This document shows positions 41,270-52,904 of a stretch of DNA of 64,000 bases, in pieces (position 1 is the stretch's first letter; each line of letters opens with the position of its first letter). The position numbers and the translations under genes are program-made. The notes beneath the pieces are model-generated. The model saw nothing but the letters and a program-made list of their open reading frames with translations. It was not told where the DNA came from and did not search any database. Source of the DNA: Rhina ancylostomus. Taxonomy: Eukaryota. Location of the stretch: NCBI GenBank assembly GCA_030265395.1, contig JARFYF010000007.1, positions 21,564,564 through 21,628,563 on the forward strand, read 5' to 3'.

Positions 41270-44092
41270 GTGCATTTTCTTTATGTTACAACGCAAGTAA
41301 ATCAAGTCACTTATACTTAACGAACAGACCACAGGACACAGTTGAAGAATGCAGATGAATTTCTTTTTAAAATGCCAATGTTGAACCAGTGATTATTGAA
41401 ATTATTAGGCTGCCAGAGTATAATTTTCCCCCTATTTTGTGTAACAAATAGTAAAACTGAAGCACATGTCCAGCCTAGAATTTAAAATTCCAAACAGTGA
41501 TGTTTGATCCATGGGCAGTTTCTACAATAGCTTATGGCTTGATTTGCAACATTGGTCGTAAAACATTGCCATTTGGTAATTTCATTTTATGATTACCATT
41601 CAGAAACTTGAACTTTTATTGGCATTTATATGCCTAGAAAAAATGTGATATGGGAACTTTTTTTATCCAGTTCTAAAATCTAAAAACATTGGATTAGATA
41701 TTGATCATTAAGTGTCCTAACTGGCAGTCTGTATATCCAATTACCAAGCATTGGAAGAATATTAAATAATTAAATTAATAGGATTTATGAGTTTGTAAGT
41801 TGTTCTTGCTATCAAGATTATTAATGGGAATAAATTGCAAAATATTTTTATATTTTCAGTACATATTATGTAAGTCATGTTTTTGGTTAAAATTAACCAG
41901 GGTTCTAGTCTCATTTGGTGTGATCCAGAGTGAAAGTTGGCCTTCAAATACTAAACACTTCTAGATAGTGACACAATACAGGCTTTGATTTATTCCTTTT
42001 GCTTGTGTTCAAAGGCACAACAATGTCTTCATTGACATGGTTTAGAATGTAGCAAAACCATTATTAATTCTGAAGATATCACAGTAAATATTTTTAAAGT
42101 ATCATGCAACATAATTAAGCTGACATTTTTCAATTTCTATTGACGACCAAAGACCAACTTTTTTATCTACGCATCAATAAAATTGTTGGTAATATACAAT
42201 ATATTATGTCATTTCAAGCATTTTAGTTTCAGAATTTGGTTTTCAAAATTCAGATGTTGTGCATAAACTATTGACCAATCAGATTTGTGAGCAGAGAATA
42301 TATCAGTCATAATATGAGTGGGTTGAGTTGAGAAAAGCAGCAAACTCGAATGAGTATGTTCATGAATTGCAATTGCTGAGTTTGAATATATGAGTGTTAT
42401 TTATTATCATTACTTATGTCATTGCAATTTATTTCAAAAATTGAAAGAGGATATATTTACCATTTTAAATAACTAAAAGCCCTGATTTTTGCCTAACAGT
42501 TTAAAAAAAATAAACAATCAAAAAATGAAAAATTAAACGCCAAAACATAATAGTGGCATCCATTGATACTAATTCAGTACTTTGTGCTGTGTTTATTAAT
42601 ATTAATAATGAGAACAGTACCACTTGTGTGACCATTGTGCAGATAAGTTACTTTCGCAGTTCATTTTCAGATCTGTGAACTTCTATTGAAAATGAAAAAA
42701 TATTATGAAAAATAAATGAAAAAATTTAAAAAACATTAAAATGAAATGACCAAAGGCAGCTGAAATGAAAAATTGTATTGCAAGAAAAGTTTATTGAAGC
42801 ACAAAATGTAGAATGTGATCATACAGAAGAANNNNNNNNNNNNNNNNNNNNNNNNNNNNNNNNNNNNNNNNNNNNNNNNNNNNNNNNNNNNNNNNNNNNN
42901 NNNNNNNNNNNNNNNNNNNNNNNNNNNNNNNNNNNNNNNNNNNNNNNNNNNNNNNNNNNNNNNNNNNNNNNNNNNNNNNNNNNNNNNNNNNNNNNNNNNN
43001 NNNNNNNNNNNNNNNNNNNNNNNNNNNNNNNNNNNTTTACAAGCAGAATTTTATGGCATGTTATTAAATCCACAAAAATGCAGCAGTACCAATGGCAATC
43101 TTTCAAGGCAGATAGTTGAAGCTGCTTTATTTGTGTTGGCTTGGTTAAGATGGGTTATGGTATTGCTTCATAAAATGCATGATGCTTTCTTTTTTGCCAA
43201 CTTTATTGCACATCTAGGATTGTCTCTCATGTTTCCTTCTACATTTCTCTATTCTAGAGAGCTGTGGATGCTCAGTTGTTCAGTTTATTTAAGAAGGTTG
43301 ATAGATCTTTGAATACTAAGAACATCAAGGTGTGTCCGTATTGTGCAGGAAGGTTGAGGTGGAGGACCACATGATCATATTGAATAGGCCAAATGGTCTA
43401 CTCTTTACATTCTTTCATACTGGATGAAATTTCCACAAGCCTTTCAAGTGAACTATTACTTGATATATTTAGGGTTTTGTTATACACTGTTTCCAATAAG
43501 ACTGCTTATTTCTAAGAATTCCCTTTTTTCTTCAAGTTAAAATTTTAAAATGTGTTTAAACAACATATTAATTGAACGCTTCTGTTCAATTAGGGAACTA
43601 CTTCTGTTCTGGGAAGTCTTGTCGCTTGTTGAAGCTAACCTTGGGAGAGCCAAACATGTATTACAGTTCAGAAATACATAGTACTTTAATGATCTGTTGT
43701 CTTTAGTTTATAATCGTTATTCATCAACCAAAACTGAATTGAACTATGTCTAGTTTTTGTTTCCTTTGGTAGGCATAAGGATTGGATTCATGTGTTTTAG
43801 GAAAATATTGGAAAAGAAATGGTGTATAGAATGTAGGATTGTTATCAGATTGTTCCAAATCCAGAATCTAGAAAGTTTTCCTATTGACAGCATTCTTTAA
43901 CAAAATAGCAAAGCTTTCAGGAAAATAATTTTAGGTCTCCCATCAGCAAAATCTTCCTATTTTTATGATATTGATTTTTTTTTGGTTTGGTTCACTGAGA
44001 TTGAATTTAGTCTAGAAGTTGTTGAAATATCAAATCCACAAAACTTAACACTTATGCATAGAACTCAGATATAGGAACTCTGTTCTGTCCAG

Positions 44093-44195
44093 CAGAATTC
44101 TGACCAGGCTCCAACTAGCCAGGAACAGGCTTTGACAGCTCAGCAGACTGCAGTCATCAACCTGGCAGCAGGTTTTGTGCCTCCACAGGCTGCAG
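44093..44195 (+). CDS. SUPT20H: SUPT20H exon: (Q)NSDQAPTSQEQALTAQQTAVINLAAGFVPPQAA; tandem acceptor at 44093/44096
   Basis: cag|CAG| and |gtacat; phase 0 to 1; resembles human TSQEQALSAQQAAVINL. Confidence 0.92.
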
Positions 44196-45078
44196 GTACA
44201 TGCTATAAAACTTTCATCTTCTGACTTGTGTTCCTTACTTACTTCACTTCTGTCCTGAACAACTTTCTTTCAGAACTGTCACTCACTCACTGTCTAGCTG
44301 CCTTGTTATTGCACTTCTGCTAACTACTGGTTTTTCCTTATAGTCTTATCATGGCACTTCCAGTGAGATACAGATTGCTTTGGCAAAGTGCACTATAGTA
44401 AAGGGACTGCACCAACACTTCAAAAATCTGAATGCATGTATTTATTTTGTTACATTTAACCTTTATCCCCTTGAGCTTACCCTACCTTCCACAACCCCCC
44501 CCACCCTTAAAAATGTCTGTTACTTTGGTTAACAATTCCTCTGAGTTTTAGGGAGTGCACCAATTAATTTACCTTTGTCTTTCATTTCCTAATCATATCA
44601 TTAGATCTGACCAATCAATTGATTAGCATGCATATTTTCATCAAAGTTGTACCTAGAGTGTGCATTATTTTACTGAATTGGAATTCAAATAAAACTATTA
44701 CATTCATTCAAGCACAGCATGCATTTTAAAACTAAACTGAATATAACAAACAAGTTTGCCTAAATTAAAATTGGCTCTTGTAAATTGAAACTAATGCTTC
44801 TCAATCAAATCCAGTCACTTGCAAAAAATTGGACTGAACTTCTACTAATATCCATTAGAATACTTCCAAATGAGAAAATTTGTAAATGAAATACTCAGTA
44901 TACTTGTCATAGCTTTTACTCATACTACATTCCATAAATATTTAGCTGTGTTTCTGATACAAACTACCAGGTGAATTCTACTGATCCCCTTTTGTTACAA
45001 TCTTTCCCTATCCTGATTTCTTCCCTCATTTGATCCTCTTGTTGTCCCTCCCTTTTCCCCTACCTGTCTCCCCTGTAG

Positions 45079-45203
45079 TGTTGTCTCAGCTTGGCTCTGC
45101 TGTGAACAGACCTGGGCAAAGCCTCCCTCAGCAGAGACTCCAGCTTACATCTGCCTTACAGCAGCAACAGCAACAAGCCTTGCAGCAGCAGCAACAAATA
45201 CAA
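45079..45203 (+). CDS. SUPT20H: SUPT20H penultimate cassette exon (125 nt, frame-switching): VLSQLGSAVNRPGQSLPQQRLQLTSALQQQQQQALQQQQQIQ
   Basis: Long polypyrimidine tract with tag| and |gtaatc; phase 1 to 0; resembles human VLSQLGSAENRPEQSLPQQRFQLSSAFQQQQQQIQ. Confidence 0.9.
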
Positions 45204-46079
45204 GTAATCCAGCAACTTGGCTACAGTTACATGAAATATTTAAAAAAATTCTCAGCTCCAAAATAAAGAAAGGAGAAAAGTCTGAGGTGCTGCCCAAAAA
45301 ACTAAAATTATTGGTTGTTTGAATCCAAGAGGGTTTGGCAGTTGGCAAACAAATTGGGTGATCAAGTTACAATTATCTAATCACTTTGGAGCATTGAATT
45401 TACATTGACATCCTAGCCATCCACCTCTTTCTCTTGTATTTATGCTCAAGAAGTGCTTGTGGCACATCGAAAGATAAGAACCACTGCAGGCGATGTAAGA
45501 ATACTTCCCATATCCTCGACCCAGAAAGATTTTGGCATGCCTGCAGTTGGAATAATCTTAAAAGTCAACTTGCTTATCCTTTTATACCTTCTGTATACAA
45601 AGTGAATTATGAAAATACCTTTCCAGAAAAGATCCTTGAGCTCAATGTTTTCATTACATTTTGTCATGGGCTACATTGTTTAACTTGGGATATGCCACTC
45701 CAATACAAAAATATTGAGCCAAGCACAAATGCCTCTTAGTTGCTGACTTGCTGCGGTTCTGTTACCAGCTACATCTGCATCCAACTGGAAATACTAAAGC
45801 ACTTTTAGGTCAGACATTGACTAACAAGCATGCAGTTAGCTCTGCTGGAACAACTGTTTGTGTGTCAAATTGTCTCAACTCTTCTGTGCCACTGGTGCTG
45901 CTTGACTGTAGTCATTAAGTTTGTGGGTTTAATTTTCTTTTCCTGTTTCCATCCTTAAACATTTCCAAAATGTTTAAACTGAATCATCTCGTTATGTTGA
46001 GATATCAGTTTGATTCATTTGAAAATTTTCCTTCAAGTCTTATAATTATGGTCTTCTCTTCCCCTTTCTTTCCTGACAG

Positions 46080-46180
46080 CAGTTGCGATACTTGCAGCAT
46101 CAAATGGCTATAGCAGTTCAAATTCGTCAACAGCAGCAGCAGCAGCAGCAGCAGCATTCAAGCAGCCAGTCAAAAAATAA
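46080..46180 (+). CDS. SUPT20H: SUPT20H terminal exon, frame used with the cassette skipped: AVAILAASNGYSSSNSSTAAAAAAAAFKQPVKK*
   Basis: Joining 44195 to 46080 in phase 1 gives an open frame to TAA at 46178-46180; resembles the remembered human isoform end AVAILAASNGYGSSSSTNSS...AYRQPVKK. Confidence 0.85.
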
Positions 46181-46217
46181 AAGGAAAAGAGGGACTCCAA
46201 CTCCACCAAAATCATGA
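46080..46217 (+). CDS. SUPT20H: SUPT20H terminal exon, frame used with the cassette included: QLRYLQHQMAIAVQIRQQQQQQQQQHSSSQSKNKRKRGTPTPPKS*
   Basis: cag| at 46079; TGA at 46215-46217; resembles human QLRFLQHQMAM...SQSKSKMKRGTPTTPKF. Confidence 0.9.
   Translation, partial: QLRYLQHQMAIAVQIRQQQQQQQQQHSSSQSKNKRKRGTPTPPKS
46131..46154 (+). repeat. Coding (CAG)8 repeat in the SUPT20H terminal exon
   Basis: Read directly from the sequence. Confidence 0.95.
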
Positions 46218-46386
46218 ACCCATCTCATGGTTTTACCTTTAAGGCTGCTTCTGGAACTTATATTTTGTGGTGGTGAATGTTTTTTTAAAATATTTTTAAA
46301 ATGAAACCCATCCATAGTGTATATAGTATAATCTTTCGTTCCAGTAAGAATCATTTTCTGAACATGAGTTTAAAAACATGTATATA

Positions 46387-46421
46387 TTTATTGATTTGAA
46401 AGAAAAAATAATTGGTTTATT
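46387..46421 (-). promoter_or_regulatory. Two AATAAA polyadenylation signals for EXOSC8 (46421-46416 and 46392-46387)
   Basis: tttatt occurs twice on +, about 30 and 60 nt downstream of the EXOSC8 stop. Confidence 0.6.
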
Positions 46422-46451
46422 GTACAGTCAAACTTTCACTTGCAGGTTCAA

Positions 46452-46588
46452 CTATTCTCTCTCTTTTGCATTTATAATGGGTGTTACACTCTTAATCACC
46501 TCAGTGAGCAGCTTATGAACTTCTCTGTGTCTTGTTTGTGCACGAACAATGCAGTCCTGAAGTTTTTCACTAGAGAGAACACTTCCTC
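46452..46588 (-). CDS. EXOSC8: EXOSC8 last coding exon: [44 protein letters not shown]
   Basis: Polypyrimidine tract with gag| acceptor; TAG at 46454-46452; resembles human [38 protein letters not shown]. Confidence 0.92.
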
Positions 46589-46924
46589 CTCCATATGGAA
46601 AAGAAAAAGAATTTGCAACAAAGTCAGGTTCATATGTTTTTGATGTAGAAAACATCCAAAGAATTGCATTTGTTGGATATTTTAAAGTCAGTTCTGTTAA
46701 TGGCAAAAACTGGAATAGGATACTTCAGTATTAATAGTTTGACTGCAAATCTTTTGAAGTGGTTTGAACACCTTCTTTGAAGGCTTTCTAAAACAGTGTT
46801 GAAAACCTAAAAAAATCATGTATAGATTTAAATATTGATCAACAATTATGCAATACAACTGGACTATTATTGAGACTTTTTTTAAGTCAAAATTTCTGAT
46901 GCTTAAAATAATTGCACTTGGGTG

Positions 46925-46951
46925 AATAAAAATTCTAAAAACTTGATTAAA
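46925..46951 (+). promoter_or_regulatory. First canonical poly(A) signals downstream of the SUPT20H TGA (AATAAA 46925-46930, ATTAAA 46946-46951)
   Basis: No AATAAA or ATTAAA seen on + between 46218 and 46924 by eye. Confidence 0.4.
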
Positions 46952-47956
46952 AAAACATAATTCTATTAGTCAAAGCCTAGGTTTTCTGATTGCAAATAAT
47001 TTTGCTGTCCATTTTTACCATAAGTTTTAATAGATTTTAAACAGCATGTAGTTTTCAAATAGTGCAAAATTACAAGAATCAGGAGGGGGTTTGGGGCACA
47101 CAGTAAGAATGACAATGTAAAAAGATTAATCTGTGAGCCCACCAATGAAGAGGGACAGCAGGTAAGTGAATAAAAGGGTTTAAGAAGAAAAATGTAGTAG
47201 ATCATGATCCTGATGTTTCTGCTCTGGATCAATTGATTAGGGAAGGTAGGGGGAAAAAAAAAATCAGCTAATGGATTGTGGTTTTATAAGATTGGAGAAA
47301 ATTTTTTAGTTAGGAAATAATGCCTTCAATATCAGATTCCTGGAAGATAGTGTTGAAATATCATTTTACAAAAGGATAAAAACAACATGAGCAAGATCAG
47401 ATACAATATCAAGATTGAGAGGTGCAGAACACAAGTAGAACATAGATTTTGGTAATTGACTGGAAATGAGAAATGTTCCATTAAGGATCAACTGATGCAC
47501 TGAGATTGTAAGTCAATACTTTCAGTATGAGCATGTGACTTTAAATTGCCCAGGTCATGGAAAACTTACTTTATGCTCACTTTTATTCCTTTAAGAAAGA
47601 AAAGGATATTTGTCAATACTTCATTATTTTAAAACAGATGAGGAAATACTTACTTAATTACTCAGCTAATACCTTCATCAGCCACTATTCCAGTTGCATT
47701 TCTGTGGTAACTGAAAAGTCTTATTTTTAAGATTCTACCCAGAATCATGTTCTTTCCTTAATGTGGTGCTATGATAATTTCATGCTCTTTGATAACCACT
47801 TCTGTGATTAGTAAAGGCAGATTAACCAACCAAGGCAGCTTTTGAATGACATGTGAAAGCATCTTTCATCAGCTGTATGAGATCAGACCAAAATATCCAA
47901 TGAAAGGCTCTGCTAATTTGACTACTTGCTGAAACTGGCACTTCATACAAACACAC

Positions 47957-48063
47957 CTGGTTTATGTACAGCACAAAGTCTATCATCTTCATCAGTTACT
48001 ATTGTAGCCATCCCCGATGCCAAGGCCTCCTCCTCAGCTGTAGGATCTACAATAAATATTGTG
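47957..48063 (-). CDS. EXOSC8: EXOSC8 exon: [36 protein letters not shown]
   Basis: aag| and |gtgtgt; phase 2 to 1; VDPT.EEE motif of RNase PH domain 2. Confidence 0.95.
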
Positions 48064-48929
48064 CTTTTACAAAAAAAAGAAAAAAGTTATCAGAAGGCAA
48101 TTCAAGTCAAAGGAGCCAATTCTGTATACAATGGTTCTATACCATTTGGTAACTTAATCAAGTTATCAATGATAGTATTTTAGAATATAGATAGACATAG
48201 ATGATAATATTACAAATTTATACCTTCATGGGTACATGTAAAACTCAGTGCCTTTAAAAGAATATCCATGTTAAAATATTCATTATATTGACAAACAAAT
48301 GTTTTGACAAATAAATGTTCACCAAACAGTAAAATAATATGTTATAATACCATTCATAGTTGTCTTAACAAAGTACAATAACATGCCTTGAGTGTATCTG
48401 GCATATCAATAAATCAGCAAACACACGTGGTGATTTTTGGCGGGGGAGGTGGTGGGTGGAAACCAACTGCTGTAGTAATGCAAGGTATTGTGACCTTCAA
48501 GTTTTTTTTATACTCATATTACTGAAAGAAATTAATATCTTTTCAGTGTTCTTTCAAGTGGTAAATCCTAACGTCTTTTTCATTCAGTTATACAGTTTTT
48601 AATAAAAACCATAACAATGGAGGTCAGGATTATATGCAATAATGGATGCTGGCCATTCATCTCATCCCAGATCACTCTTATAGATAAAAGAAACTTTTAT
48701 AACATAACCCATGAAACCTCAACCCATTTTCAGGTATTTAAATAGTAAAAGTAAAATATGATTTTTAAATCTCACCACTAGAAGAACCTAACAGGTTAAA
48801 AGCTGATAATATGAAGGATTGCAATGCCTGTTAAACATTGGAGGGTGGCAAAAATAGCCACACCCAAACAATAATTCTTATTCAAACAAGTCTTCAATAA
48901 TACAATCTCCACCTTCACAATCAGCAATT

Positions 48930-49700
48930 TTTCTATTGGTGTTCATATTCTTTAGTTCATTTACAGTATGGGCATTTATTACTCAGCCCATCTTGAATAA
49001 GTACAGTCCTTTTGGTGAAGGTGCTCCTGCATTTCTGTTGAGTGGGATTGTTTCAAGATTTAGATCTATCAGCAATGAAGAAACAGCAATGTATTTCCCA
49101 GTCAGGATAGTGTGTGACTTGGAAGGAAACCTGCAAGTGATGGTGTAACAATGCACTTGATGCCCTTTTTCTTTCTGGTAGTAAAAGGTTGGGATGTGGA
49201 AGGTGGTGTTGGAGTAGCCTTGTCAAATAACTAGAATGCATGTTATTAACAATACACACTGCAGCCAATGAGTCAGTGGCAGATAGACTGAATATTTAGG
49301 GTTATTAATGCAATCAACCAATCTGCTTTGCCCTAAATGGTGCAGGGCAGCTTATGTTGTTGGACCTGCACATGTCCAGGCAATAGGAGTGTATTCTGTC
49401 ATACTCATACCCCCATGTGGTGGAGAGGTTTTTGGGAGTCTGAAGGTGAGTAACTTATCACAGGATACTGTGTCCCTGACCAACTCTTCCTGCCACAGTT
49501 TTACTACAGCTGGCAACATTAAACTTCTAGCCAATGAAGACTTGGATATTGATGGTGGAGTACTCAGCGACAGTAACACTGTTGAATGACATGGATAGGG
49601 TGTATGGTAGGTATAGAACAAAATATATATGGTAGCCCAAAGCCATCAAGAGATTACTTCTGAAATCATCACTTGTCAATGTAAATAAATATAACTGATT
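48930..49700 (-). mobile_element. Decayed non-LTR retrotransposon 3' fragment (RTE-like)
   Basis: Resembles a common elasmobranch LINE (gtgtgtgacttggaaggaaacctgcaagtgatggtg); family uncertain. Confidence 0.4.
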
Positions 49701-50549
49701 TGCATACAACATGGTACTATGATAGCAAATAAATAGATGATTGGTTATTGGATGAGGAAGGCACAAAATCTACAATCATAGAAGAACCCCTGCTCCTCTA
49801 ATCTGTGCCACATTAAAATTTACCTGAAGTGTATGTTACTTCTATTTAAGTTTCATGCAATAGCAAACACTTCCACTGTGGCACATTTTTCAATGTTGCA
49901 CTAGTTTCATCCTCGATTCTAGTTTCAGATGCGTAGTGAAGTTTGAACACCCAACTTTGATTCAGTAGTGTGTGTTACCATCCGAACTAAAATGCTTTCT
50001 AGTTTGACCAACTGACTCTGTAAGATTTCTAAGAAAACACTGCAATAACAAAACTCCTCAAACAATAGTTATATTACCATATTAACCATTAAAATCCAGA
50101 TTAAATTGAGTAAAGTTTTACAAATAAATTTAAAACAATCTGTACTTTTCATTATTTTCTAACTAGCTTTATTCCTCCTGCCTTCCATTTCAAGCATTTC
50201 AAAGTAAAAGAATCTCTGCCAATCATGCAGAGTAAAATGGTAAAATTTGCTGAGATTAGTAGATTAAGTAGTGCTTGAATCTGAGGAAGCATTATAAAAA
50301 ACACCTGTATATACATATCTGTAAATGGTAATTATTTAAACCCAATGAATATTACAAAATTTGGTACAAATAGGAATAAAATTAGCTTACACAAGGTCCT
50401 TGTAGACTTAATGCTAAACATACCCACCAAGCAATAAGGTCAAAGGTACATTGAAATATGTTGATAGTGGACGGTCAAACTGTAAAGTGCATTAGATCAT
50501 TTATTCAGTAGGTGAGGCAGTATCTATGAAGGGAGATAATGGTTCAGTG

Positions 50550-51225
50550 GAGACAAAAGAGACTGCAGATGCTGGAATCTAGAGCAAAAAACAAACTGCT
50601 GGTCAGGCAACATCTGTGGAGGGAAATAGTCGATCACCTGCACCAAGTTAATGGTTTAGGTTGATGACCTTGAAACAGCTAGGAAAAGTTAGAAAGATGG
50701 AAGTTTTAAGTTGCAGAGAGTGGGAACAGAGGAAGTAAATAAAATAGAATGTCTGTGAACTGATGAAAGACCAGAGATTAAATCACAAAACATTGGTGGA
50801 GACAGCCAAAAGATTATTTGCAAAGCTAATAAATAACAAAAGCAAATAGAACACAAAAAATAGGAAATTACCAGTTCATGAAAAAAAAGCTGAATTTTGA
50901 AAATGTAAGACACAGTGCTGATTCTCTGATATCGCTGAATTCAAGGCTGAAAGGCTTACAATGTGGCTCATCAGAAATGGCAGTGTTTTTCCTCAGTCAT
51001 ATGTTGGCGTGAGCTTTATTGGAACAATATTGCCTGCTAGAGTTGGCTAGACAATTAAAGTATCTGGCAACTAGAAACTCAGGGTTACCCATTCACCCAA
51101 TCTGCATCTGGTTTCCGAAGTGTAGAAGTGACCACCTCAGAAGCACCAAATGCAGTATGCTTAAATGGAAGTGGTACAAGTAAAGCACTGTTTCTTGTGG
51201 AATGTGGTTTGGGCCCTTGACACTA
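50550..51225 (-). mobile_element. Decayed Penelope-like element
   Basis: gactgcagatgctggaatctagagcaaaaaacaaactgctgg terminus; internal segment colinear with 8400-8760. Confidence 0.6.
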
Positions 51226-51374
51226 GAAAAAGAATATTGGTTATTAAGAAAAAGGAACCAAGTCTCTAAGGAACTTCAAAGAAAAGCTACAGGCAATTAA
51301 GAGAATTCTGTGTCATCTCTCATACCTTTGAAGTGTAAAATAATACTGTAACAACCTCTTGTAAAGTAACTCAC

Positions 51375-51495
51375 TCATCGAAAATGGCAAAAGATGTAGC
51401 AACTGGGTGCTTTTTGATATTCAGTTGATTTTTCTGGTTCATGTTAACTTCTGCCAAACCTGTTTCTTCACTGATCGACACTGAAGGCAACTGGA
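51375..51495 (-). CDS. EXOSC8: EXOSC8 exon: [41 protein letters not shown]
   Basis: cag| and |gtgagt; phase 1 to 2; resembles human VQLPEVTINEETALAEVN...[12 protein letters not shown]. Confidence 0.95.
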
Positions 51496-52413
51496 CTGTG
51501 GGAAAAGAAAGGATTAACCGTCATCAATCATGCAGAATGGGATTCATTTAATGGGGAATAACATCACATTATATTGAAATTTGTGTAAACTCTGTTGTGC
51601 CTACAACAAAAAATATTATTTCAATTGCTACATTCTACCACATTGATCCAGGTTGTTCTCCAAAAGCAACGATGCAGTATAAATCATCTGCTAGCTGCCC
51701 AAGTAATTAAATATTTTTCCTGTTTAATAATTTGTGAACCACGCTGGCAGTTTGCAGCAGACAATTCCACATCCAAACCGATAAAGGCAAAAAAAATTTT
51801 CACTCGCTCTTAACAATGAATGGACTGAGGAAGTTTAAATCTTTAGAAGATAGAAAAAGATTACAGAGAAAGACACAACTCATAAGCCCTACTTCAGCAG
51901 AATTTCAATCCTGTGGAAAATAAATAATAGATGAGGTAAGTGCTCACCAAAAAAACAGTACACAATCATTTCCAAATAGTCTTAAATGGCTAACTCCACC
52001 AAACTTAACAGCTTCACAACATTAAATAACATGGCTTTTAAAAGAAAAATCATTTTGCAGAAACAGCTTAACATTTAGCTGTATTTATGAGTTTAAATAC
52101 ATTAAAAGTGAATGCAATGTTTCTATTTGCATTTCACGTGCATTTTGACATACTCCATTTAAGCACCAGTTTAATACAAGATCTTTTGCACAGCAAAATA
52201 ATAAAAGGAGGGTTGCCTGTTTTTTTAAAAAATATTGATACCTAAACATACACAAAAAAAAAGTATTTCAAGATTTCCATATTCATGTGAATTGCAGTCA
52301 TGGTGTGGATATAATATCAGGTCATCCACCTGAATGAACTCCCAAACTGCACAGCAATACATTACAAAATATATAGATTTACTTCATTTTTCTTTTCAAT
52401 TAGGTATGCTCAC

Positions 52414-52510
52414 CATTTTTTAGTGCTGCTAACAGTGCTGTTATACAGGCATCCAGTAAGTTTCCATCATAATCTAAGCACATCATGTCACAATATACAA
52501 CCCATGCAAG
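52414..52510 (-). CDS. EXOSC8: EXOSC8 exon: [32 protein letters not shown]
   Basis: cag| and |gtgagc; phase 0 to 1; RNase PH-family motif W..Y.D..CLDYDGN..DA. Confidence 0.96.
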
Positions 52511-52904
52511 CTGGAACAAAAGGAAAATAAATACATCAAAACTCAGGTTCAAAATATTTTTCTTTCCAAAGCTTTCTGTGGGCCCTTAAGTCGCTTGTGC
52601 TCCAAGTAAACTGCACGTGAAATATTAAAAATGGGATACCATAGATAGATGCAGGCAAAAAACACTAATGATGATTAAATTTCCCTAATTACTTTTAAGA
52701 CACCGGGGAAAATTAAAATGTAAGGTGTTTCTGATCCTGATAATTATCTCATAAATCCTGGTGAATTACAAGTACGGGAAACCAGACAGAACAGATCTGG
52801 ATGTAATGCCACTACAACTAAATACCCTTCATAAATGACCAGTGCTTGAGTAAGATACTCAGAAGGTTAATGCCACAGAGGCACTGGCACGTCATCCAAT
52901 AACA

